From Camelus ferus (lineage: Eukaryota): DNA of 64,000 bases. Shown here in pieces: positions 1-12,200 of this stretch (position 1 is the stretch's first letter; every line of letters begins with the position of its first letter). The stretch lies in NCBI RefSeq assembly GCF_009834535.1, contig NC_045696.1, forward strand, positions 64,606,001-64,670,000, given 5' to 3'. The notes under the pieces are model-generated. The model worked only from the letters and a program-made list of their open reading frames with translations. It was not told the DNA's origin and did no database searches. Made by a program: the position numbers and the translations under genes.

Positions 1-626
1 TTGCCAGATGGGCATCTTGGGAAGAATTACTTCTTAGCCCCAAGTTGACCCTGCTGTAATTTACATTTACTTCAGCATCTTTCTGAAGTGCAGATCATCG
101 GCAATTCACGGAGCAGCTCTGACCACAGTCAGGCTCACAGGGATACTCATGAGAAGTTTTTCCATTTAAGAAACACAAACAGCTCCATCGATCTTACTAA
201 CACCCTAGAGGTAAGTGTGAGAACAATCAGAATGGTCTTGGGGTTGGAGTGAGGAGAAAGGATGGCATAATGATTCTTGAGTTGTTTCCTGACTTTGCCA
301 AAAAGCATTGCTGGGAAGTGGAAACTGGGCGTGGTGAAATTCTCCGTATCTTAGAATGTCAGTATCAGAAGGAAACTTAGCGATTATCCAGTCCATAACT
401 CTGTCAGTCTCGGAGGAAAGGAAGTGACCTGTCTAGGTTCACACATCTCGTTGGTGGCAGAACCAAGTCTGGAATTTAGATCTTCCAACACCTAGCTCTG
501 TGCTTAGTAAATGCTCTATAAATAATAAGGCCTTGGACTGTGTACCCCAAACAAAATTACTATGAGTAAAACACATGATGTGTATACGGTGTAAGAAGAT
601 AGAATGAGGAGAGTTGTAACAATGAC

Positions 627-1049
627 TGTGTTAGTCAGTCCAGGCTGCTGTAACAAGATATCATAGTCTGGGTGGCTTCAAACACAGAAATTTACTCCTG
701 ACAGTTCTGGAGGCTGGGAAGTCCAAGATCAAGGTGCCAGTGAATCCTGTTCCTGGTGAGGACTTTCTTCCTCCTGGCTTACAGATAGATAACCACCTTC
801 TTGCTGTGTCCTAACATGGCCAGGGCAGGGATGTGGGCAGGTACAGGGTGGAGAGAAAGAGAGAACACGAGAGACAGTGAGCTCTGGTGTCTGCTCTAAC
901 AAGGACACTAATGCCATTGGAATATACCCCATCCCTTACAACCTCATCTAACCTACTTACCTCCTCACAGACTGTATCTCCATACAGTTACACTGGGGGT
1001 TAGGGCTTCAACATAGGAATTTTGGAGAAGCACAGTTCAGTCCATAGCA
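627..1049 (-). mobile_element. MaLR solo LTR, MLT1A/B-like
   Basis: TG...CA ends; typical MLT1 blocks (cagttctggaggctgggaagtccaagatcaaggtgcc; ggggttagggcttcaacata...cagtccatagca). Subfamily from recall only. Confidence 0.85.
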
Positions 1050-1399
1050 GTAATTGCTGTCAGACTAGCCCTTAGCCTTCTGTCTTTCCATCTGTCCCAT
1101 GATCACACTGATAATTTAGATGACATCAGGTACTTGCTTTCACTACCAACAACAAAGACCCTGCTGTTGAAAGGAAAGAGGAGGCAAATGCATCTATCAG
1201 TAATGGCATCTTTCATCTATTTTATTTTCTGTGGTGTTTCCTTATGAAGAGAGAAAAGGTCCACAGGAAAAATCAACCCAGTGTAATAAAACCACCAGTG
1301 TAAGACAAGCCAGTGTAAGAGTAACATTGATGATTCTTAGACAAAAGGAAGCATCAGTGTTAGCTGAGTTGAACTGAGTAGTTGTACAAACTGAGAAAC

Positions 1400-1731
1400 T
1401 GTATAGATCCCTTATCTGCAATTCCAAAATCCAAGAAGTTCTGAAATCTGTCTGTTTTTCTGTAAATGTGCAGCTGACTCACTTAGTGGCAAAACCTGAC
1501 CTGTCATAATGCAAGACTGTTTAGTCTTACTTTTCCCACTTACTGAAAACATTCAAATGTCTTATTGAAGGACCAATAAAATAGTAAAGCATTTGATTGT
1601 GGGATCCCATCCTAAGTCCTGTTGGGGTAGTTATAGTGTATTAAGAAAGGTACTGAACTATCTTTCTACAATCCAAATGAGTATGAATTCTTGGAAACCC
1701 AAAGGTTCTAGATAGGAAAATAAAGTGAACC
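1400..1731 (-). mobile_element. Tigger-family MITE, MER46C-like
   Basis: Left end atcccttatctgcaattccaaaatccaagaagttctgaaa resembles a MER46C/Tigger4 terminus; degenerate counterpart near 1690-1730. Confidence 0.55.
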
Positions 1732-2504
1732 TTCTGTTCCGAGGACTGAAGTCATGTGTGTTATGGTAGAGGGAAAAAAAGGCAAGGCTAAGCAGAGGTG
1801 ATTGTTATTCCAGAGTTTGCAGGAAAGGAGCTTTTGCCAAAGTCGTCAGAACAAGTCTGGGTGAGAAGGTGGCCGAGTTGTGCAGAATTGACAGTCCTAC
1901 ATCTGCTAGACTCCAATTACTGCAAGTGGGGTCATGGGATTCTTCAAATGAAACTTTTAGGTCAAAATATATGGATCTGTGTTGTGTACGCTTCTGAGGA
2001 GCAGAGCAGTGGTGTCTTGAAAGAGCGATAGAACGTGTCATTTCAGGGGTTTGGCGATGCTGTCTCATCTAGTACTTGACCTGCAGGGAGAGGCTGACTT
2101 TCTGCTGTTTCCTTCTTATTCATCTCTTCTTGTTGGAATTTTGCCACATCACTTGACCTATCGGCCTCCTTTTTTTTTTTTTTTCATTAAATGTAGATAA
2201 TATAAATAGCCTCCCTTACCATCTTCTGGATCAACATATAAAATATTTTTTAAAAGACTTAAAGTCCCAGACAGGCCTTGTTTGGAAGGTTACTTGATAG
2301 CACAGCCCTCGGTTCTAGGGCAGTGACTTCTGGGCTGGGGGTTAGGAGTCATCCTTGATATTAATTTCCATTGTGATATTGCGCATGACTTGTTTTCTCA
2401 TTGGAAAAAAAAAAGGCTTGGAACTGGTGATCCTTGAGGCCTCTTTTATGGTTAATACTGAAGCTGTAAATAACAAGATGAACAATGGTAATTATAACAA
2501 AATC

Positions 2505-2740
2505 CAAGTTTGTTGAGCGGTTTATGGCTTATAGACAACTTTCACATCCGTTAGGTCGTTGGATACAACAAGCCTGTCAGCATATGCTGGGCAGCTAGAT
2601 ATTATTACTCTCTTCTGCAGAAGTTCAGAGAGAAGGGAAGTTACTTGACCAAGGTCACAGGGAAAACTAGTGTCTAATAAGGAAAGGGCCAGACGCAGTC
2701 CTCTGACTCCCTAACTGCCTAGCCTGGGTTCTTTCCACCC
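2505..2740 (-). mobile_element. MIR SINE (diverged)
   Basis: Antisense MIR core gaagttacttgaccaaggtcacag and attattactctc. Boundaries approximate. Confidence 0.6.
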
Positions 2741-3414
2741 TGCAGGCTTCAGAGTTGCCTTGCTCCACAGCATCATGGAAATGCATGAAAATGCATGCAC
2801 GCTTGTGTGTTCACAAGAAAAGGGTGTGACTTATGGCCAGTTGTAGGCAAATTACTCATACCCTGCTTTGGACTTTAATAGTTGTCAGTGCCAGGCTCAG
2901 AGCTGGGGCTTGGGCAGTTCCAGGAGATGTGAAGCAGTGAGCATGACAGGGCCAATGACATGCTTAACCCAAGCACACTGGGAGCAGAAGGGGGCGAGGA
3001 AACTCAGTATGGACTGAGGTGCCATGGGCAGGTAGCTGGAGTGGTCCCAGAGGGAACAACACACTTGTGACCTGCCTCCTGTTGAAAACTTTTCTAAAGC
3101 CTACTGTGTGGGCCTGGGTTGAATAGTCTTTTCTACATTTTGACCGTATTGTGTTTGGAAAGAAAATAGCGAGGCAGTGTTTTAGCTTTTGTTAATGAAG
3201 ACATTGGTTTCCCTTGCTAGCTGAGAAGATATTGGCAGATTTCAGAAAATCTCCAAAAATTCAGATTAGCAATTTCGGAAATGTATGAGAGAGAAGGATG
3301 GAAAAAGGAGAATCAGACCTCTCTGGCCTTGGATTCCTCATCTGTAAGTGAGCCTGGCATTCAAGGCCCTCTGCCGTCTGACTCTGACCTTCCATAACAC
3401 CAGTCCTCTGGAGA

Positions 3415-3713
3415 CAGTTGCCCCTTGGTACATGCAAGGGATCGGTCCCAGGACCCCCTGTGATACCAAAACCTGCTTATGCTTGGGTCCCTTACATAAA
3501 ATGGCACCACATTTGCACATAACCTTCGAACATCCTCCCATATACTTTAAATCATCTCTGGATTATGTGTAATACTTAATACAATGTAAATACTGTGTAA
3601 ATAGTTGCCAATGTGGCAAATGCATTCTTGCTTTTTGGAACTTTCTGGAATTTGTTAATATTTTCAACCTGTGATTCATTGGATATGGAACCTGTAGGTA
3701 TGGTGGCTGACTC
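3415..3713 (+). mobile_element. MER2/MER2B (Tigger-family MITE)
   Basis: cagttgccccttggta...caggaccccctgtgataccaaaa...catcctcccatatactttaaatcatctctggatta...ggctgact, with degenerate inverted termini. Confidence 0.8.
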
Positions 3714-4279
3714 TACTCCAGAAAACCCAACTTCTCTCTTATCCATGAGGCATCCTGACTGTGTTTTTTGTCTCTAAGCTCCTTTCTCCTTGATTTGTTC
3801 TCTTCACTAATTCTCTCTGTTTTAAATGCTGAGGAGCTCTCCCTGAACTTCCTAACTGGAAGCTGGCTCTCTTCCTTCACCTGCTGGTCACCTGTTTGAC
3901 TTGCAGATGCTGCTGATCAGTTTCCACCTTGCTTGTTTCATATCCCGTGCTGTTGCCCAGCTGGGATCCTTGATGACGGACACATCTGTCCCCTCCCCAG
4001 AGCTGTGCATTTACTCCACAGTGAAGTAAGAGCTCAGTAAATATCTGAAAGAGTTAAAGGATAAATGAGGTCCTAAGGTCCCTCCTATCCCCAACTCTCT
4101 ATGATTTAAAAGCCACATGATAATACCTGTTCTGAAGCAAGGTTAACAAGAACCCACTTTTAGAAGTAGGATACGTTTTACAAAGTTGAGGGCTTATCCA
4201 GTCAAAAACTAAACTGTCTTGCCTGAATTACTGAATTACTCTTACTTCTTTAAAAAGAAATCCACTCAAAGGTAGGTGC

Positions 4280-4510
4280 CATATGGTAGAAAAAGTACTG
4301 CCTCGGGCGGATTACTGTTGAGGTCCTGTTTTGTGACCTACTAGCTGGTGTGACTTTGGACACGTCACATCCCTTTTGTGAGTCCAGTTCCTTCAACCTG
4401 GAGATAATGAGATCTGTCTCACAGGGTTGTTGGGAAGGGTTAATGTGGTAATGGATGCCTAAGTGCTTTGCAAACTGAAAAGAAGTCCATGTATGAAATG
4501 GTTATTATCA
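4280..4510 (+). mobile_element. MIR SINE
   Basis: ctactagctggtgtgactttgg...tctcacagggttgttgggaagg...aagtgctttg, collinear with the MIR consensus. Confidence 0.7.
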
Positions 4511-5836
4511 TCATTAACATTGTTATTATTTTGGAAATCACTTCCGTGGAACATAAATGCAGTCTCCAGAGCTCCTTTGAGCCTCTAAGTGTGCAGATCG
4601 TATTTAGAAGTTTATATCATACCCGATATGGGGTTGAACAACAGCCAACTAGTGCTAATAGCCCTGGGTTCTTATTTACGGAGTGCCTTTCCTTGGAGCT
4701 CAAGAGCTGTTAAAAGCTGGTTCCATCATCCTCAATCAATTTCCATTTAGTCATTCATTCAACAAATATTTACTGTATTCCTACTAAGTGTCAGGCAGGA
4801 TTTGTCGGGGTGGGTTGCTGATATTAAGGTCCTGTTACATTAGGGGAACTGCAGATGACACAGAAGAAAAGGGACTTCTAAGAGCCAGATGGGAAGGCAG
4901 GGTGGGGTCCGGGGTGCAGCTCAGAGCTACGGTAAAGCGGTGGCTGATGTACTAAGAATAATCGTTTCAGAAACTGAAGCTGGGCACCTTTGGTCTGAGC
5001 CACGTCTTCATCTACAGCAAACTGTGCCTTTGCCTGATTTGCCCATAATGAGAAATGATGTCAGTGACTGAAAGGCACATTGTGTGACCCGAGTTACACG
5101 GGTTAGGTTTCTAAATTGCTTTGGTCGGCTCAGTTTCAGACACTTTGGAGAGAAAAGTTTCAAACTAGCCTATTGATTGAGAGAGATGTGAGTCTGTCCC
5201 AGCGCTGACTCCAGCAGGGCCCCGCACCTGGCTGAGACACATTTCACACAGTTGTAGTTTCACTTTTATCCTCCAGAGAGAACTGGCTCTTTCTTCCAAG
5301 TGGAGGATTTTTAAGATGCTGGGATGAAAGCTCCCCTTTCATGTGTGGGTGACTCAGAGCAGGGAGTCAGCAAGGATGTGGTGACCAGCCCAAGGTGCTA
5401 CAAAGGAGCATGAGGCATGTTTCCCGTTTTCAGCCTTGTAGCCTCTCAAAGACACTTCCTATCAAGGGCTCTGAGCGAGCCTCTGCAGTTCTAGCCAGAA
5501 TAGGGAAATTGCATAGATCACTTGTACCACTTCCAGTGGCATGATTGTTATAGGGAATTTGACACATTTGCTGAGGGATTAGGGACCAAGAGAAAGATGT
5601 AGACATGATAGGACCTTCTCCCTCTAAGAGCCCACTACAGGGTGATTAAGAACATACAAAACTAATTGGAAGGGGCTGTTCACTCAACAAACTGTTCTTG
5701 ACAGAATTTGTTTATCTGAATTATAAATCTTTAAAGAGTAAAAAGGAATTTGGTGGCATCTGGAAAGTTCTTCTGTTTTGTTTTACTTCTAGAACATGGA
5801 ATTTGGGATAATTTTGTAGGTAACTAAGAAGAATTG

Positions 5837-6228
5837 GGATGAAATGTTCAGTTTGATATAAAGTTTCAGTTATGAAAGATGAATACGTTCTAGAGATCTG
5901 TACAACATAATACATATAGTATACACTGTACAGTATAGTAACTGTGCTGGGTTGTGCACTTAGAGATTTGTCAAGAGGGCAGATCTCATGTTAAGTGTTC
6001 TTATCACACACATACACACACAGACAAAACAGACAACCACCACTACCACCAACAAAAATAAAGGGACACAAAGAAACTTTTGGAGGTAGTGGATATGTTT
6101 ATTACCTTTATTGTGGTGATGGTTTCAAGGATGTGTGCATGTGTTCAAACTCATCAAATTATATATGTTAAATATGAAGTTTTTTGCATGTCAGTTATAC
6201 CTCAATAAAGCTGTTAAAAAAAAAAAAA
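5837..6228 (+). mobile_element. Old L1 3' end (L1MB-like) with poly(A)
   Basis: gcagatctcatgttaagtgttcttatcac...gaaacttttggaggt...ttatacctcAATAAA (6204-6209) followed by an A run at 6216-6228. Confidence 0.85.
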
Positions 6229-9200
6229 GAGTGGAAGAGAAAGGTGCATTCCAGAGGTGAGCAGTGTCCTAGAGACAGGGAAGCAGAAGCTGCTCCCGGA
6301 CACCTGGAGGGGTCCTGTTAGGACAGACTGGAGGGCAAGATAGGCGCGCGCTGTGTGAGAGGCTTCCTCTGGGTCACCTTGACAGCAAGCTTGACCTCTA
6401 ATTCGATGCACAATCCTCTGAAAGTGCTATTTGGAAGCATTTAATGCTTGTTCACGTGCAACCTTAACCCTTGGTCTGTATTTACCATTTCACAACTCGC
6501 CCAGTCTCTTATATGCCATAGATGGCTCTGGGCAACTGGAAATCTGACTTCTTCTCAAAATAATGAGATTGAAATTCCTGATGAGTGAGGGCTCAGAAAA
6601 AAATCTGTCACAATGGTTTTTCCAGCCACTACTTTGGTTGGGATTTGCTGTAAATACTGCAAATCCTTGGCTTGCTTTTGACAAAATGGCCGTAGAAATT
6701 CAGTAACCATGATGGGTCATTAGTTTTATTTTGATAAATAATATTTTGCTTGGATGAGACCAAAAAAAAAAATTCCTCTATCTTAATTTTGACTGTATTT
6801 ATTTGAATTACAAAATCTCCTTTCTCCTTGGTTTAATTATAGGTAAATATATAGGTGTATTTTTGGAAGTAGAGTCTCCTCTTATTCTTCACTTGATTAT
6901 AAAGATTACAATAGATAGAATGCAATGTTGTCAGTGATTCAGAAATCAGTAAATGTAACTATTTTCTAGTTTTCTACAAAGCAATGTATTCCCTTTTAAG
7001 TATTTCTGTTTCAGATTCCTTAGGTTTATCAAATGAACAGCAGGCAGGAGTGTTTAAATATATAGCACCACTATTTCTGAAATACCCAGAGCCCCAAACT
7101 AGCGATAGAGCGGTGTGGAGAGTGGGCTGGCCTTGGCCCCAGGGTGCCAGTGGAATGGATTTCACAGGGACTCTGCCACTTATTTTTGTGATGTTGGGCA
7201 AGTCCCATACCCACTGTGGGCCTCAGTTTTCCTTCAGGGAAATCCTGCTTTTCCTGCCTTCACCTAATACTTAACGGGTATCTGTTAGCTGTGGTGCACT
7301 GCGTTGGACATTATACAGATGATTCTGGGGTGCTTTTCCTCACAGAGCTTCAACTCTGAAAGGGGAGCCCTAAGGGCACCCAGCAGTTTAAGTCATGGAA
7401 GAGGAACGTTTGGAGTTCTATGCGAGCCTGGGTGAGGAGCGTCGAGTTGCACTGGAGGACATGAGGTGGCGTCCTAGAGGGGCTGACACCTGTGCTGAGA
7501 CTTCTGAGGGAGCCAGAAAGAAAAGCGGGCATGGAGTCTTCATAGGGAGGGAGAGCCTCAGAGATGCACACACACAGGCAGGACACAGTGTGATGCACTT
7601 GGGAGCGCAGTAGACACGTGGTTGGAGAGAAGGTCAAGCATGGGGAGAGCAGGGACATGGGCTGGAAGTGTAGTGGCGAAGGCCCTTTGAGGCTACGCTG
7701 AGAGTAATCATAATAGTAGTGGTATATTATATCATAAAATATCTGCTGCTAGTAATAACTACCTTTTTGTTGACTGAATTGAAAATAGAAATGAACCATA
7801 TCTGTAGATTTTAAAGAAGGGCAAAATTAGCATTACAGAGTGCCTTGCTTTTTACCAAACAGTCATTTCAAATACATATCATCCCATTTCACAAATGTAA
7901 ACAAGGATTCAGAAGATCTGCTGGCTTAACTGAGACCTATTGCTGTCAAGAGCTGAGGAAGTATTTAAATGACAGTGTCCCTCCACGACATCAGATTTTA
8001 TGACTGATCATTTAAATTTTCACCAAAGTGCTTTGATAAACTTGTTTAAATTTTAGCATATTTTTGAGAATAATAAGAGTTCAACTACTTGGTAGTATTT
8101 ATTCTATTTCAATTCTCCTGAGCATAGGCATTTCAGGATATTTTTCATTTCTCGGCACAGTTTTATGAGCATTCAAATTAAAGCTATTTTTCATGTTTAT
8201 TGTCGCAGTAACATATTAAACACTAAATAGAAAAAAAGAAAAAAGATTAAAGTTAGAAATTGCAGTGGGAGAGAAGTGTTGAAATCCAGTTCACCAAAGA
8301 TGATTGATTTCAACCACATGTGAGGTTTAACCACTTTAGTTTTATTGACTAGTAACCTTGTGAACCTTAGGAATAATCATTCACAAACTTGAAGAGTAGT
8401 AAGGATTAGAAGTAATACATACAGAGTGCATGTCTTATAGAGTAAAAGTGGCTAAGAAATTGTACTGTCACTTTCCAGGCTCAGTGCCACGTGTTCTCTT
8501 CACTCCGCCTCCAGGAAGGGCAGGTGGGCAAGGGGAGTCAGCGGGACTTCTGTGGGAGCAGAAGCCCTGGGAGATGTAGAGGTGGAAGGGCTGCTGTCCT
8601 GAAGGTGGTTGCAGAACTCACAGAGTAAGGAGGAGAGAGAGAAGCACGGCTGGAAGGGCAGAAGTTGGGTCTTGCGTCATTTTGCTTAGGGAAGTGAGGT
8701 AAATGCAAGTCAGATACAGCGCTGGTGGCCAAGGAGAGAGAGAGAATCCAGGATCAGATTGCTGAGTGGGTGAGGTCAAAGGATGGAGATCTAAATTTGC
8801 ACGTGGCCCAGATGTCTTTTGTGCAATCTCAGCAGCTTGGAATGTCAAGGCAGGGACCCTCAAGGGAGCTGTGCTGGAAAGGGTAGGTCTGGAGGAAAAC
8901 ACAGGTGCAAGATTCAGTCTTTGCAGTCAAAGAGCTGGTTTGATAGGACAAATAAACACGAAAACCATCAAGGGAGAGCACGCCAAGGGCTTTAGGAGAC
9001 GTAAATAAGTTACTACTGGAAGGCACTCCACGCAGGCAACTCCTCTGCTCCAACACGGTAACAACTGCCTGAAATGGCCAAGGCCATTGGTGCAGAAATT
9101 GAAATTGGCCCCTCAGATATGGTCATGGCCGGGCCTTAAGGGGACTCCTGGGAGTGTTAAGGCCCCTTCCTCAATTCAGCACCTTTTCCCTCTTTCTCCC

Positions 9201-12200
9201 TTCACCACGCCGGCAACATTTAGACTATTTGCTTCATCTCAAATCCACCCTACACTCTCTCTCCACTTAGAGTCTAGTGCTGAAACTTTCGCTAGAAACG
9301 GCTTTCCCTTCTTCACTGGAAAGGCTTTTTCGTCTTTCAGGGTTCCTTGCCCCTTCTCTGACTGGTAAAGAAACGCACCCTCTCTCCTGGGCTCCTACAG
9401 CACGAGTTTATCCAAACACTAGTGTTGGAAGGTGTCTTATCTACCAAGTATATGTCCTTGAGGCATGTGCAAAGGCCAAACGTTTAAATTCTGGAAGTGA
9501 CTGGTTGGATTTCTAACTCTACAGCTCACGTGCTGTGTATTTTTAGCAAATATTATACTCGCTTGAAGTCTCAGTTTCTTGTCAGTGCTTTTATGGGGAT
9601 TTCATAAGATAGTGGATATAAAGCACCCAGCTCAATGTTAGACAAAAATTAAGATGTTTGTTACATTGGTATGGAATTCACAATATAAATATAAGCTACT
9701 CGAGTACGTTACCCTGGGTTTTAGGGGCTACCTTCAGCTTGAGAAAGTTGCTTGATTTCCTACATTATCACACTGTCCTTTTGAAAAATTCTGATGCTAC
9801 ACAGGAACAAGTCATTCTCTTTCCTTAGCGATAAAATGGTAACATTTTAATCTTACTGGATCTATAACTCACAAAGAAGTATTCTTAAGTTCACTTCATA
9901 AACTTAGGTGTTTTCACTATTGATTTCTCTTCTGAATTCTGATTTTCAGTACATCAGTAAGATGAGTGAACTATTCCATTTCTTCTTTTTTCATTTGCTT
10001 TCTGCTTGGCTGCATTCAGACTCCCATGGCCCTCCCTTTAGAGCCTGAATGACAGCTTATTGCAATGATCACCCTTTAATGTAATTAAAAAACAGAACTC
10101 AAGTGTAACAAGGTACCATTCCATTGGTGACTCTTCCCTCTCCATCTTTGCTGCCCCAAAATGTCTGCTTTCTGTACTTATGAGACATTACTCTTTTGGC
10201 ACTATGATAGTGCAAGTAATGCTGAATGTAGTAATAGCAAATGATTTGGCATGTGCATCAGTGTGGAAATAGTGTTTATAAATGCGCAGTAATGTATCCT
10301 GTAAGAATACATCATCTTTTTAAATGTGCTTCTCAAACATACTTATGTTCAGTTGAGAAAGCACCACATCCATTATTAGAAGGTACAATGGCTCTTTGTA
10401 TTCTGGGGGGATTCTTGATGTATGTTGCTATATTTGGCCACAGAGGCTAACATCTCACTTAAGGGGGAAAAGAAAAACCCTCTATGCAGGGAGAAAACCA
10501 AGAATTAAGGTATTTTCAGTTCCCCGCTTAAAAGAAGAAAAATAATGGTTGAGACAGAACTAAAGGAAGTGGGTAATGGGATCAAAGAGTAATATTCCAT
10601 TATATTTAGGATTCAAAACTGGAAAATCAAAATCTATGGAGTATTTTTCATTCACGCAGTACTTTGTCCGAATCATTCCTTCTTCCCTTGGCTGAGTCAG
10701 GATGCTGGTTTGGTGCATGGAGGTCTATGGGGCCAAGTTGAAAGACTGGGAATGAGGACTCTGTATGCTGTGGTAGTGGGGGTAAGGTGGGAAGTTAGGG
10801 AAATGGTATACCCAAGACCAGAAGGAGAAAAACTATAGAGTGAAGAAAGCACAAGTCTAAGAAAACAAAAGTGAAGACCTTGTTTCTGGAGATTCAGAGA
10901 GAAACAGCAAGAATAAAGCAGATCGGTGGGCAACATTGAGGGACCCAACAGTAGATCTAGTGCAGAAGAAGCTTTGCTGTATTGCTGTTCAAAGCTCGCT
11001 TTTATTTGTTCTTGGGGAATAGTGAATGAACAAGTCAACTTAACTGAGAGTTCCAGGAACAATCTGGACCACCATTCATTTAATCACTGATTCATTAATG
11101 AATTCAGGATATGGTTACTCCGTGGCTGCTGTGTGCTGGACACTGCTCTGTGATAGGAATGCCTCACCTTTAGAAAGAGACAGATATATAAAGAAGTGAC
11201 GGACAGAATGAGAAATATAGGAAATAATGTGGAGTTCAGAGAAGGTTTCTCAGGGAAAGTTTTAAGTGGATTTTGGAGGATAAATTAAGTTTCCTCAGCT
11301 GAGAAAGAGTGAGTGTAAACTCTCTATCCAATCCTGTAGCTCTATGAAACTGAGTTTGTCCTCCTTTATTTATTGCAGCCTTGAGTCATCTGCCAGCTTA
11401 GGTGGCTGTCATGATGCAGAGGGTGAAAAAGAAACAAGTGAAAGGACAGAGGGGAGAAAGGGGAAGTGAGCAGGTGTAGGAGACTGTTGATAGGGTTGGT
11501 AACTGATTGTTAGTGGTTAAATGGCATTAATGGGGCCTAGTCGAATTCTCTTTCTTCACTTCAAGCTCTTTTCTGTTTTGTGCTCAAGTACTTTGTAGTT
11601 CATCCATAAGGAATCGTCAAGTGGCAAAGAGATAGGAAGTTTGTAGTTAAAGGGACTGACTCTGGATTCAAGCAATTGCAAGCTCAGATACAAGAGTCCC
11701 CCCCCTCTGCGGGACTGAGGCTTCCTGTATGTAAACTGAAGGTGTTGCGTTAGAGGTGCTCCAGTGGCCCTCTGAGCTCTGACAATGATGCCACAAGGAA
11801 TATGACATCCCGTGTGGTAGCCAAGGGCCAGCACCACTCTGATGAGGAGTGGTACTGAGGTCCACAGACTGAAAATTCCAGGGTCAGGGCCGGAAGGGGC
11901 GCCCTACAGACTGTTTCGCCCAAGTCCTTTCCTTCACAGAGGAAGAAACCAGAATTAAGCCTCAACCCTTCCCAATATCCTTCTTATAACAGCTATTAAT
12001 TATTGATACCTTGCAGTTCTCCACAGAGGAGCAAAAATGTTTATTGGAAGAATTTGGAAGGGCTTGGGTAAGCTGAATGAAAGTTTTGCCAGTCATATTA
12101 TATGGGCATAAATTTAAAATCAGATGAAAAGCAGTAGATATTTTAAATTGAGGCAGACTTCAGATGACTGAGAGAGGGCCCCGGGGGCATTAGCAGCATC

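Noticed and set aside
1278..1318. CCAGTGTAA repeated three times
   Set aside because: Too short and irregular for a CRISPR-like or functional array; ordinary micro-duplication.
9175..9183. Perfect RE1 left half-site TTCAGCACC
   Set aside because: No GGACAG right half nearby; an isolated 9-mer is weak evidence.
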